Shown here piece after piece: positions 18,563-27,329 of a DNA stretch of 59,032 nucleotides. This DNA comes from Armatimonadota bacterium (lineage in GTDB: Bacteria > Armatimonadota > UBA10988): assembly GCA_016235455.1 (NCBI GenBank), contig JACRKZ010000136.1, forward strand, positions 1 to 59,032, given 5' to 3'. Numbering within the stretch: the first letter of the stretch is position 1; each line of letters begins with the position of its first letter. Below the pieces are notes generated by a model. The model saw only the letters and a list, made by a program, of their open reading frames with translations, had not been told where the DNA came from and ran no database searches. A program made the position numbers and the translations under genes.

Positions 18563-19966
18563 ATGAGCCTCCCACTGCTGCTGACACTCGCGCTCCAGGC
18601 CTCGCCCGCAGGCATGGAGGTGCTCGGCCGCCACTACCAGGCCGTGGTCGGTTCCGCCGGCCAGTTGCTGTCGCTCCGCGTCGGCGCGGCCGAGGCGCTG
18701 GACACCATGGCGCTGGGCGGCGGCGGCGCCATGCTCGACCCGCTGCCGGTCATCCTGGACCGCTTCCAGCGCGAGGTCGACTACGTTTCCGCGCGTGGCG
18801 CGGACGCCGTGATCACCTACCAGCCGGGGGCCGACCGCCTGCTCATCCACACGCTCAATGCCTCAGCCCGGCCGCGCGTCTACCGCCTGGCGACGGCGCC
18901 TGGTTGGCGCGTCGAGGGCCGCCGCGCGGTGGGTAAGTCGGGCGCGGCCCTGGTGCTGGCACGGCCCGAGTCGGTGACCGCCAGCCCGTGGTCGGTGCCG
19001 GTGCCGGCGTGGGGCGCGGCCGACATCGAACTGCGCTTCGAGCGGCCCGCGAGTCTGCTGGTGGGCGGCGACGCGGTGTGGGCCGAGGCCCAGACGCTGA
19101 CCCCTGGCCGCTTCGAGATTCCGGGCAAGCCGCCGTACGTCGATCCCACCGCGACCCAGATCAACCTGCCGCTGGTGTTGTGCAACGACTCCGACGAGGA
19201 CCGGGCCACCGTGGTCACGTCCAGCATAGGCGACACCGTGGTGAGCGAGTCGGTGACGCTGTCGGCACGGCGGGCTCACGGCTACGAGGTGCGCCTGTCC
19301 GCGCCGCCGCCGGGTGCGCATCGGGTGCGCGTGCGGGTGCGCGCCGGCGTGGCCGAGTCGGCTTCCGAGTGCACCTTGGCCTTCGCACCCGAGCGCTGGC
19401 CCGAGGCGGTTAGCCCGACCGCTCCGTTGCCCGCGGGTCGGCCGCTGCGGCCGGTGCTGCGCGCCGACAGCACGTTGCCCAAGGGTTGGCAGTCGGCGCG
19501 TCTGACCGACGGCGCGGCCGAGCACGGGGACGCGGTGTGGCCGGTGCAACGTGGCGGCGATGCGCTGCTGCTGCTCGGCACGACGCTGCCGGGCTCGCTG
19601 GCTGGCGCGCGCCTCGGGCTGGCCGTGGGCCAGGTCAACGACGCCTGGTTGCCGTCGCTCTGGAGCTTCATGGAGGAGCGTGGGCGCACGCGCTACGGCC
19701 TGTTCTGCGGGCTGAGCGAGGCGCTCGATCTGAGCCGATTGTCGCGTGCCGCGGTGGCGGTGGCCGCGTGGGGCCCACCATGGCCGCGCGGCACCGACCG
19801 GCCGCTGCTCATCGGGCAGGTCGTGGAGCCTGGCCAAGCCGTGTTCATGCCGCGCCAGGAGGCTGGAGAGACGTGGGTCTACACCTGCGCGGCCGAAGTG
19901 GCCCGACGGCACTTCGACAGCGCAGCGGCGGCCTGGCTGGCGGCGCGGCTCAAACGCGGTGGGTAG
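18563..19966 (+). CDS. Secreted hypothetical protein
   Basis: Signal-like N-terminus (MSLPLLLTLALQA); the long ORF fills the gap between neighbours. Alternative start at 18554. Confidence 0.6.
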   Translation: MSLPLLLTLALQASPAGMEVLGRHYQAVVGSAGQLLSLRVGAAEALDTMALGGGGAMLDPLPVILDRFQREVDYVSARGADAVITYQPGADRLLIHTLNASARPRVYRLATAPGWRVEGRRAVGKSGAALVLARPESVTASPWSVPVPAWGAADIELRFERPASLLVGGDAVWAEAQTLTPGRFEIPGKPPYVDPTATQINLPLVLCNDSDEDRATVVTSSIGDTVVSESVTLSARRAHGYEVRLSAPPPGAHRVRVRVRAGVAESASECTLAFAPERWPEAVSPTAPLPAGRPLRPVLRADSTLPKGWQSARLTDGAAEHGDAVWPVQRGGDALLLLGTTLPGSLAGARLGLAVGQVNDAWLPSLWSFMEERGRTRYGLFCGLSEALDLSRLSRAAVAVAAWGPPWPRGTDRPLLIGQVVEPGQAVFMPRQEAGETWVYTCAAEVARRHFDSAAAAWLAARLKRGG

Positions 19967-19989
19967 TTGGCGCGCCCAGGCGGCGCAGT

Positions 19990-21123
19990 CTACTCGCTGA
20001 CCAGCCAGCCATCCATGGTCAGGCCGCTGGGGCTGAACCAGTGGCCGGTGACCACATGACCCGCGTAGCGCGGCTCGACGACTTCGATCTTGGCGGCGCG
20101 CGCCAGGTCGGCCATGAACTTGCTCTGCGGGGCCAGTTTGTCGACCAGGAAGTCGGACTCCACCAGGCCGCGCACCTGGTCATACTCGCCGGCGAACGGC
20201 TCGGCGTGGCTGAGGAACTGCAGCAGCACGAAGCGGGTCCTGAACATCACCGGCTCGGTGATGACTTGGCCAGGCTTGGCGTCCTTGAACAGCGGCCGGA
20301 ACTCTTCTGGCAGCAGTTCGGCCGGCTGCGGCCCGACGCGTCCGCCGGTGCGTTCCGCCTGATCATCCTCGGAGACCAGGCGCGCCGCGGCCTCGAAGTC
20401 CCCGCCGCGCAGGATCTTATCGAGTTCGGCCTTGGCCTTGGCCCGGGCTTGGCCCTCGGGCGCGCGCTTGCCTTCGACATCGGGCCAGGGGATGTAGATG
20501 ATCCGATAGAAGTAGCTCTCCGGCCGGCTGTAGCGGTCGCGGTGCTCCTTGTGGTAGGTGCGCAGTTCGGCGTCGTTGATCTTGACCCCGCGGCTGCGCA
20601 GGCGGAAGGCGGCCAACTGCGCGGCCACCTCGCGGCGCAACACTGTCTCGCGGCGGCCGCCCGAGTGGCGCCAGGTCTCGAACCGTTGCGTATCACCGCG
20701 GAACTGCTCGAGGCGGATGCGCTCCAGGCCGGCGTCGATGTCGGCCTCGGTGGGCTGGAGGCCAGCACGCTCGGCGGCCTGGCGCAGCACCTCGGCCATG
20801 ACCGAGGTCTCCAGCATGGCCGCGCCGTAGCGCTGTTCGGCGTTCTCGGCGAGCACGCCGCGCGTGATGGGCTGGCCGTTGACCAGCGCGACCTCGGGCC
20901 GTGCCGGCCCCATGGCGCCCTGACTGTGCAGCGCGGTGACCACCGTGGTCAACGCCGCGGCCAGCACCAGCAGCCGCGCGGCCGGCCGATGCCGGCGGCG
21001 TGGTCGCTCAGCCAAGGCGTCCTCGGCCCACCCGCGCAGTTGCGCCGGGTCGTCGAGCGCGTCGCGCAGGCCAGGCCGGCGCAACATGGTCAGCAGTTCG
21101 TCGAGCGGGTCGCGGTGTGCCAT
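19990..21123 (-). CDS. PpiC-type peptidyl-prolyl isomerase (PrsA/SurA-like foldase)
   Basis: ALVNGQPIT, GGDFEAAARLVSED, TGGRVG, N-terminal TM segment. Confidence 0.85.
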   Translation of the reverse strand: MAHRDPLDELLTMLRRPGLRDALDDPAQLRGWAEDALAERPRRRHRPAARLLVLAAALTTVVTALHSQGAMGPARPEVALVNGQPITRGVLAENAEQRYGAAMLETSVMAEVLRQAAERAGLQPTEADIDAGLERIRLEQFRGDTQRFETWRHSGGRRETVLRREVAAQLAAFRLRSRGVKINDAELRTYHKEHRDRYSRPESYFYRIIYIPWPDVEGKRAPEGQARAKAKAELDKILRGGDFEAAARLVSEDDQAERTGGRVGPQPAELLPEEFRPLFKDAKPGQVITEPVMFRTRFVLLQFLSHAEPFAGEYDQVRGLVESDFLVDKLAPQSKFMADLARAAKIEVVEPRYAGHVVTGHWFSPSGLTMDGWLVSE

Positions 21124-21132
21124 GGCGGGTAC

Positions 21133-22194
21133 CTAGGGGTTGGGCGTCGTGGGACCGAGCGGGGCAGTCGAAGGCGTGCCGAACGAGCTCTGGATGGCCG
21201 CGTAGCGCGCGGGCAGGCCAGTCACCCTGGCCCGGCGGCTCAGGTCGGCGTAGTACTTGTCCTCGGGCACGGCCCGGCTGAGCAGATAGTCGCGCCGCAC
21301 GCGGCTCGCCACGTCGGCAAAGGCCATGTCGTGGCCCGCATCGCGTTTGACGAGCAGCAGGATGTACCACTGCTTGTTGAACTCCACGGGCGCCTTGGTG
21401 AAGTCGCCCGGCTTGAGGCCACGGAGCGCGTCGGCCAGCGGCTTGGTGTTCTGCTCCAGGTAGGGCATCGGCTGCGGCGGCACGAGCCCGCCCTGGGGTG
21501 CGGTCTCGGCGTTGGTGCTGTTGGCCGCGGCGGCCTCGAAGAAGGCCGTCTTGCCGGCCGTCAGGTCGGCCAGCACGGCGCGCGCCTTGTCCTTCGAGTC
21601 CAGCACGATCTCGCGGAACGAGACCACCTCCGGCACGCTGTAGCGCTCCTTCTGATTGGCTGTGAAGAACGTCTGCAGGTCGGCGTCGGTAACGCTGACG
21701 CCTTGGGTACGCAGGCGCAGGTCGATGATCTCGCTGCGCACCATGCGGCGCAGGGCCTCTTCGTCCAGTCCGGCCGAGGCCATCCAGGCGCCGGCCTTCT
21801 CCAGGCTGCCGCCGAAGCGCTCGGTCATCATTTCGGTCAGTCGCTCATCGACCTCGGAGGCGGTGGGTTCGAGGCGCAGGCGCTCGGCATCCTGGCGGTT
21901 GAGCTCGTCGATGACCAGCAGTTGCGCGGTCTCGCCACCAGCCACGTCCTGCAGCTTGGTGTAGAAGCGGCCGTACTTGACCTGCTGGCCGTTGACCGTG
22001 GCGAACGTCTCGTCGATGGGCGCCACGGCGGCGTCCGCCCACAGTCCGGCCACCACCAGCAGCAGCCCCAACAACCAGCCCGCGCGCAGGTGCGCGCGCG
22101 GCGCCAGAGCCGCGGCCAGCGCGCGTTGCTCGTCGCTCGTCAGCGCGCCCTGGGCCAGCTTGGCCCGCCAATCGTCTTTTCGCCTGTCCTGCAT
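21133..22194 (-). CDS. PpiC-type peptidyl-prolyl isomerase (PrsA/SurA-like foldase), paralog
   Basis: ATVNGQQV, FREIV, FFEAAAANS, APQGG, LKPGDFTKAPV. Confidence 0.85.
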   Translation of the reverse strand: MQDRRKDDWRAKLAQGALTSDEQRALAAALAPRAHLRAGWLLGLLLVVAGLWADAAVAPIDETFATVNGQQVKYGRFYTKLQDVAGGETAQLLVIDELNRQDAERLRLEPTASEVDERLTEMMTERFGGSLEKAGAWMASAGLDEEALRRMVRSEIIDLRLRTQGVSVTDADLQTFFTANQKERYSVPEVVSFREIVLDSKDKARAVLADLTAGKTAFFEAAAANSTNAETAPQGGLVPPQPMPYLEQNTKPLADALRGLKPGDFTKAPVEFNKQWYILLLVKRDAGHDMAFADVASRVRRDYLLSRAVPEDKYYADLSRRARVTGLPARYAAIQSSFGTPSTAPLGPTTPNP

Positions 22195-22367
22195 TCCCTG
22201 TCGCTCCCGCTGCTGGCCAAAGCGTACCACAGGACGTGGGCGGACCGTGTGTCGGCACATGCCGCCGGGGCTGGCCATGGACGTACGCCTCGCCACGTGA
22301 CAAGATAGAGTAGTGAAAACGGACTGCTCACGGCGGTGGAGCGGGAGCGTTGTCACGGGGATGGACC

Positions 22368-25298
22368 ATGAGCGGATACCGAGGTGTTGGGCTGAACCTG
22401 GCGGCCCTGTGGCTGCTGGGCATGAGTGCGGCCGGGCAGACCGGCACGACGCCGGCCTACGATGCCTGGAAGCGCGCGCAACTGGGCGTGCCCGCGGGTC
22501 GGCTGGCCGATGCCGCGGGGATCTACAACGACCGCATTGCCGTGCAGGTCGGCGCCAGCGGGCGCTACAACTTCGGCGCGTTCCCCGTTGGCGGCGCGGC
22601 GGCTTCGGGCACCGGCAGCTTCAACCTGTCCTATAGCTGGCCCAACTCGCCAGCCTCGTCTTACGCCACCTTGCGCGTGGACGGCACCGACACCAAGCTG
22701 GGCGAGTCGGCCTCGATGCCCACCTCGCTGGTGAACAACGCCACGGTGAGCCAGACCGAGTACCGCCTGGGCGACATCGCCGTGAGCCAGCGGCTGAGCC
22801 TCGTGCGCGGCCCGAGTTCGGGTCTGATGGACACGGTGGCCATCGCCTACACCGTCACCAACCTCGGCACCGCCAGCCACGCGGTCGGCGTGCGCGTGAT
22901 GATCGACACGATGCTCGGCGGCAATGACGCGGCACCGTTCCGGGTGCCGGGCGTCGGCGCGCTGACCACCGAGCGCGACTTCGCACCGGGGCAGATCCCC
23001 AGCTTCTGGCAGGCCTTCAACAATCTGAGCGTACCGGACATGAACGCCCAGGGCACGTTGACCGGCAGTGGCGCCACGCCGCCTGACCGCTTCGTCATCG
23101 CCGCCTTCGGCAAGCTGAGCGGCTACCCCTGGGACGTCACCATCGACCCGGCCGCGAACACCGGCGACAGCGCGGTCGGCGTCTACTGGAACGCGGCGAC
23201 CTTGGCCCCCAACCAGAGCCGGACGGTCACGACGCTGTACGGTCTGGGCCAGCAGTCGGTGGCGCCCTCGGGATCGTTGCGCCTCGGCGTCACGGCGCCG
23301 GCGCTGATCGACCGCGATACCGATCCGGTGTTCGATATCGTGGCCCTCATCGAGAACCCGACGACGACGGCCGTACCCAGCGTCACCGCCACCCTGACTG
23401 TGCCGACCGGTTTCACGCTGGTGCCGGCCACCGGGCGAGCCAGCCAGGACAGCGTCCTGCTCGGCGACATACCGGCCGGTGCCGCGCGCCAAGTGACTTG
23501 GCGCGTCGATGCCTCGGGCGCCCCGCTGGGCACCGCGCAGCTCGGCGTCGCGGTGACGTCGACCGACACCAGTATCGTGCCGTCGCAGGTTGATCGTCAG
23601 GTGGAGGTGCAGGGCGCGTCGTCCGTGGCCATCGACCCGTTACGCTCGACCATCGTCGCGACGCACCCGGTCGGCCTGGCCGACGGGGTGGACACACTGT
23701 GGCTGGCCATCGTGCTGCGCGACGCCACCGGCGCGCCGGTGGCTGGCGTGCCCGGCTCCCGCATCGTGGTTGACGCTGGCGGGGCCGCCGGCGTGACCAT
23801 CGTGCAGCCCACCTTGACCACGGACAGCAGTGGCGCGACGCTGGCCGCCGCGCAGAGCACCGTGGCGGGACCGGTGGACTTCGGCTGCAGGGTCGGCAGC
23901 GTGGCGCTCAGCGCGCCGGCGCATGCTCTCTTCATCGCTCAGCCCGTGACCGAGGTCTACTCGCTGTCACCGGGCGCCAACCTGCTCACGCAGCCGCTGG
24001 CGGAGGTGACCACACCCAACACCCAGATCGCGGCGCAGGTCCAGGGCATGCGCTTCGTCACCTGGGATGCCGCCACGAGTGCGTACGTGCCGTTCGACCT
24101 GCTGTCGGCCCCCTTCACCATCGGTCGCGGCTTCTGGGGCTTGTCGCCCGACGCGCGGTCGCTGACCCTCGAAGGCGTGCCCGGTCTGCTGGGCGGCACG
24201 GTGTTGCGCTCGACAAGCAGAACTTCCGGTACATCGACGCCCGCCGCGGTGGACCTGCTCGGTCAGTGGAACCTGCTGGGCAACCCGCTGATGCAGGCCA
24301 TGCCGTGGAACCTGTCGGCCATCAAGGTCATGGTCGATGGCGAGGCCAAGGGCACCCTCGACCAGCCCGCCACCTGGGAGTGGGTCGACCCGTACGCCTT
24401 CGTCTACCAGGACGGGCAGTACCAACTGGTCTTCGACAACACCTGGCCGGGCTTTGAAGGGGTGCGCTCCTCGGTGGACATGCTGGCCGGCTTCTGGGCA
24501 CGGCGGGTGCCGGGCACGGCGACGGTGCAGCTGCTGCTCGACGTGGACGCACTGACCCGCTCCGGCACCGCCAGTCGTGCGACCGGCGCGGGCCGCGGCG
24601 CGAGCGTCGGCTGGGCCTTGGCGCTGTCCGCCACCGACGGACAGACCAGCTCGTCTGTGACGGTTGGCGCCAACAGCCGTCTGGCCCGTCCGCTGGACGT
24701 GGCCACGCCGCCGGCCCTGGCCGGCACGCCGCTGCTGTCGGTGCTCTCGGCCGGGCGGTCGCTGAGCGGGCGACTGGTGCCGGCGTCGGGTGAGGCCAGC
24801 TTCGATCTGCTGGCCACCGGCGCCGCCGGCCGCTTGGTGACCTTGTCGTGGCCCAAGCTCGGCCGCGAACTGCCGGCCGACCGTGGCGCCACGCTGGTGG
24901 ACCTGCGGACGGGCGCCCGCCTGGCCCTGGCCAACCGGGCGGCCTACAGCTTCCGCGCCGATGGCACGCCGCGGCAGTTGCGGCTGGTCATTGGCTCGCG
25001 CGGCGTCGGTCGGCCAGCGCTGACGTTGTCCGCCGGCGGCTCGCGCGCGTCCTCGGCGGCAGCGATCACCGTCACTGTCTCGGTTCCGGCCGAGGTCAGC
25101 GTGGAGGTGCGCGGTCTGGGTGGTCGGCTGGTGCGGTCGCTGGGCAGCCAGTCGGTACCGGCCGGCAGCACGGTGCTGGCCTGGGACGGGCGCGACGCCG
25201 AGGGTCGGCTGGTGCCTGCGGGCACCTACCAGCTCCTCGCCACCGCGCGCGGCGACGACGGCAGCCTGGCCCGGGCGCAGACGCTGATCAGCCGCTGA
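22368..25298 (+). CDS. Large secreted multi-domain protein with Ig-like domains and C-terminal FlgD-Ig-like domain
   Basis: Signal peptide; VGVRVMIDTMLGGND module; invasin-like ADGVD...LRDATGAPV; WNLLGNP; C-terminal GRLVRSL...WDGRDAEGRLVPAGTY. Confidence 0.8.
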   Translation: MSGYRGVGLNLAALWLLGMSAAGQTGTTPAYDAWKRAQLGVPAGRLADAAGIYNDRIAVQVGASGRYNFGAFPVGGAAASGTGSFNLSYSWPNSPASSYATLRVDGTDTKLGESASMPTSLVNNATVSQTEYRLGDIAVSQRLSLVRGPSSGLMDTVAIAYTVTNLGTASHAVGVRVMIDTMLGGNDAAPFRVPGVGALTTERDFAPGQIPSFWQAFNNLSVPDMNAQGTLTGSGATPPDRFVIAAFGKLSGYPWDVTIDPAANTGDSAVGVYWNAATLAPNQSRTVTTLYGLGQQSVAPSGSLRLGVTAPALIDRDTDPVFDIVALIENPTTTAVPSVTATLTVPTGFTLVPATGRASQDSVLLGDIPAGAARQVTWRVDASGAPLGTAQLGVAVTSTDTSIVPSQVDRQVEVQGASSVAIDPLRSTIVATHPVGLADGVDTLWLAIVLRDATGAPVAGVPGSRIVVDAGGAAGVTIVQPTLTTDSSGATLAAAQSTVAGPVDFGCRVGSVALSAPAHALFIAQPVTEVYSLSPGANLLTQPLAEVTTPNTQIAAQVQGMRFVTWDAATSAYVPFDLLSAPFTIGRGFWGLSPDARSLTLEGVPGLLGGTVLRSTSRTSGTSTPAAVDLLGQWNLLGNPLMQAMPWNLSAIKVMVDGEAKGTLDQPATWEWVDPYAFVYQDGQYQLVFDNTWPGFEGVRSSVDMLAGFWARRVPGTATVQLLLDVDALTRSGTASRATGAGRGASVGWALALSATDGQTSSSVTVGANSRLARPLDVATPPALAGTPLLSVLSAGRSLSGRLVPASGEASFDLLATGAAGRLVTLSWPKLGRELPADRGATLVDLRTGARLALANRAAYSFRADGTPRQLRLVIGSRGVGRPALTLSAGGSRASSAAAITVTVSVPAEVSVEVRGLGGRLVRSLGSQSVPAGSTVLAWDGRDAEGRLVPAGTYQLLATARGDDGSLARAQTLISR

Positions 25299-27306
25299 CC
25301 GTGCCGCCGCCGCTGGGCGAGGTCGGTGCCGTGTTGGCCTCGAGTTCGCCGCGCAGCGTCAGGTCGAGCAGCCGCAGCAGGATGGCCACGTTGCCCGAGC
25401 GCACCCGCGCGCGGTCCAGCCGGTCGACGACGGCGTGGCGGTCCTCACCCAGGTCGGTCAACAGCTTGCCAGGCTCTGTGCCGCTGCTCTTGGCGAAACC
25501 CAGCGCGTAGGCCGCCTCGCCGTAGCTCAGCCCGGCGTCGAACATGGTCTGCATCTGCTCGGGCGAGGTCAACATGAAGCGCGCCACTTGCCGCTGCGCC
25601 AGCGCGCGTTGCGGCCGGCGGCGGTCGAGCATGGTGATGTCGATGCTGCTCACCAATCCGCGCGCGCGCCCCGCGCGGATGCGGTTGATGGACCGGCTGG
25701 CGCGCGCCGAGGCCTTGTTGAGGGCCTCGTTGGAGGCCTTCAGCTCGGTGTCGAGCAGGTTGGTGGCGGCGGCGGAGACCGAGCCGTCGCGCAGTTCTCG
25801 GTGCAGCGCGGCCACGGCCAGGTGGCTGCCATGCACGGCGTCGGCCATCAGCTTGCTGTCCGAGCGCAGTTGGTCGGCGGCGTCGCGCATCTGGCCGATG
25901 AGTTCGTTGTTGCCGTCCAGCACGCGGCGGGCCAGGTCGAGCGCGGGCCGCGTGGGGCGGTCGGCCAGGATGGCCAGCAGCCGTTGGCGGTTGCTCTCCA
26001 GGAGTTGCACGGTCTCCTCGGCCTCGCGACCCGATTCGCCCACCTCCGCGGCGGCGGCCATGGCGGCGCCGCGCAGCTTGGTGCCCGCCTGTACTAGCTC
26101 CTGCCCGGCCTTGGCCATGTGGTCGCCCAGCGCGGTCAGCGCGTCGATCTGGGTGCCGGAATTCTTCTGGCCGCTCACCAGCGCCGAGGCGCCGTCCACC
26201 GGGTCGGCGGCCAGCGTGGCCGCGGCGGCGAGCGCCAGCTTGACCGGCTCAGCCTCGGCCTGGAGCGACTCGCGCGCATCGCGCACTTCGCGCGAACTGG
26301 CCAGCACAATACCGGGCCGCGGCTCGTCGGGCTCGTCGCGCAGCGCGGCCAGGTCGGTCTGGACCGACGACTGGTCGGCGCCGTGCCGCAGCGCTTCGTT
26401 GTACTTGCCGCGTGCTATCTGCGCATTGCCGCGCCAGGCCGCCACGCGCGCCAGGCCCAGGTAGGCGTCGGCGTACTGCGGGTCGGCCAGCACCGCCTGC
26501 TGGTAGTAGCGCTCGGCGGCGCCGAACTGCTCTCGGCGCCGGTAGCCATCGGCGATGGTGGTCAGCGTGACCGGGTCGGTCAGGCTGAGCATCGCGTTGC
26601 GCCTGAGCGCGCTGATGCGGTCGACATTGATGGGGTGCGTCTGGAAGTAACCCCAGAAGCGCGGCGTGGCACCGTAGCGCTCGTCGAGCCGGCGGAAGAA
26701 GTCCACCGCGCGGTGCGGGTTGTAGCCCGACCACACCGCGCCCGTGGCGCCCGACTGGTCGGCGCCGTACTCGGCGTCGCGGCTGAACTTGAGGTCGAGG
26801 AAGTAGCTGGCCAGGTAGGCGAGCTGCATGTAGTCCTCGTTCTTGCGGTTGGTGGCCAGCGCCAGGCCGATGTTGATGAGCAGGCCGCGCTGGAAGGCAA
26901 ACGAGCTGTGCCGCCGCTCGACGTGGCCGATCTCGTGGGCCAGCACGAAGGCCAGTTCATCCTCGCTGGTGGCAAAGCGCAGCAGGCCTTTGGTCACGTA
27001 GACGCCGCCGTAGGGAATGGCGAAGGCGTTGGGCGCTGACACATCGACCAGGGAGAAGCGGTACGGCACGTTCTTGCGCTTGACGTTGGCACGCTCCTCG
27101 GCACCCAACTGCTGCACCCAGCCGCGCACCAGCGGGTCGCGATCCATGGGGTACTGCATGTTGATGGCCAACTCACTCAGCGCGCCCAGCGGCTGCTCGA
27201 TGAGGAAGTCCGTCAGGTCGTTGGCGCAGCCCACGCTCAGCAGGCCGAGCGCCGCGCAGATGCCCGTCAGGCGTACCGCCGTCCGCCACATGGTCGTCCG
27301 CCGCAT
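25288..27306 (-). CDS. M48 family metallopeptidase with TPR and coiled-coil C-terminus, probable lipoprotein
   Basis: PNAFAIP, ELAFVLAHEIGH, FSRDAEYGAD, THP...RI; lipobox-like LSVGC. Confidence 0.88.
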   Translation of the reverse strand: MRRTTMWRTAVRLTGICAALGLLSVGCANDLTDFLIEQPLGALSELAINMQYPMDRDPLVRGWVQQLGAEERANVKRKNVPYRFSLVDVSAPNAFAIPYGGVYVTKGLLRFATSEDELAFVLAHEIGHVERRHSSFAFQRGLLINIGLALATNRKNEDYMQLAYLASYFLDLKFSRDAEYGADQSGATGAVWSGYNPHRAVDFFRRLDERYGATPRFWGYFQTHPINVDRISALRRNAMLSLTDPVTLTTIADGYRRREQFGAAERYYQQAVLADPQYADAYLGLARVAAWRGNAQIARGKYNEALRHGADQSSVQTDLAALRDEPDEPRPGIVLASSREVRDARESLQAEAEPVKLALAAAATLAADPVDGASALVSGQKNSGTQIDALTALGDHMAKAGQELVQAGTKLRGAAMAAAAEVGESGREAEETVQLLESNRQRLLAILADRPTRPALDLARRVLDGNNELIGQMRDAADQLRSDSKLMADAVHGSHLAVAALHRELRDGSVSAAATNLLDTELKASNEALNKASARASRSINRIRAGRARGLVSSIDITMLDRRRPQRALAQRQVARFMLTSPEQMQTMFDAGLSYGEAAYALGFAKSSGTEPGKLLTDLGEDRHAVVDRLDRARVRSGNVAILLRLLDLTLRGELEANTAPTSPSGGGTVSG

Positions 27307-27329
27307 CGTTCTCTCCTCTGCTCGACCCG

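Noticed and set aside
19486-22308. 940-aa plus-strand ORF and other long antisense ORFs (e.g. 12469..14370, 16159..17829, 45269..47218, 49728..51905, 54293..56530)
   Set aside because: Shadow frames of well-supported genes on the opposite strand. They are expected at this GC content and show no recognisable motifs.
25288-25298. 11-bp convergent overlap of the exoprotein and M48 peptidase 3' ends
   Set aside because: Short tail-to-tail overlaps are common in compact GC-rich genomes.
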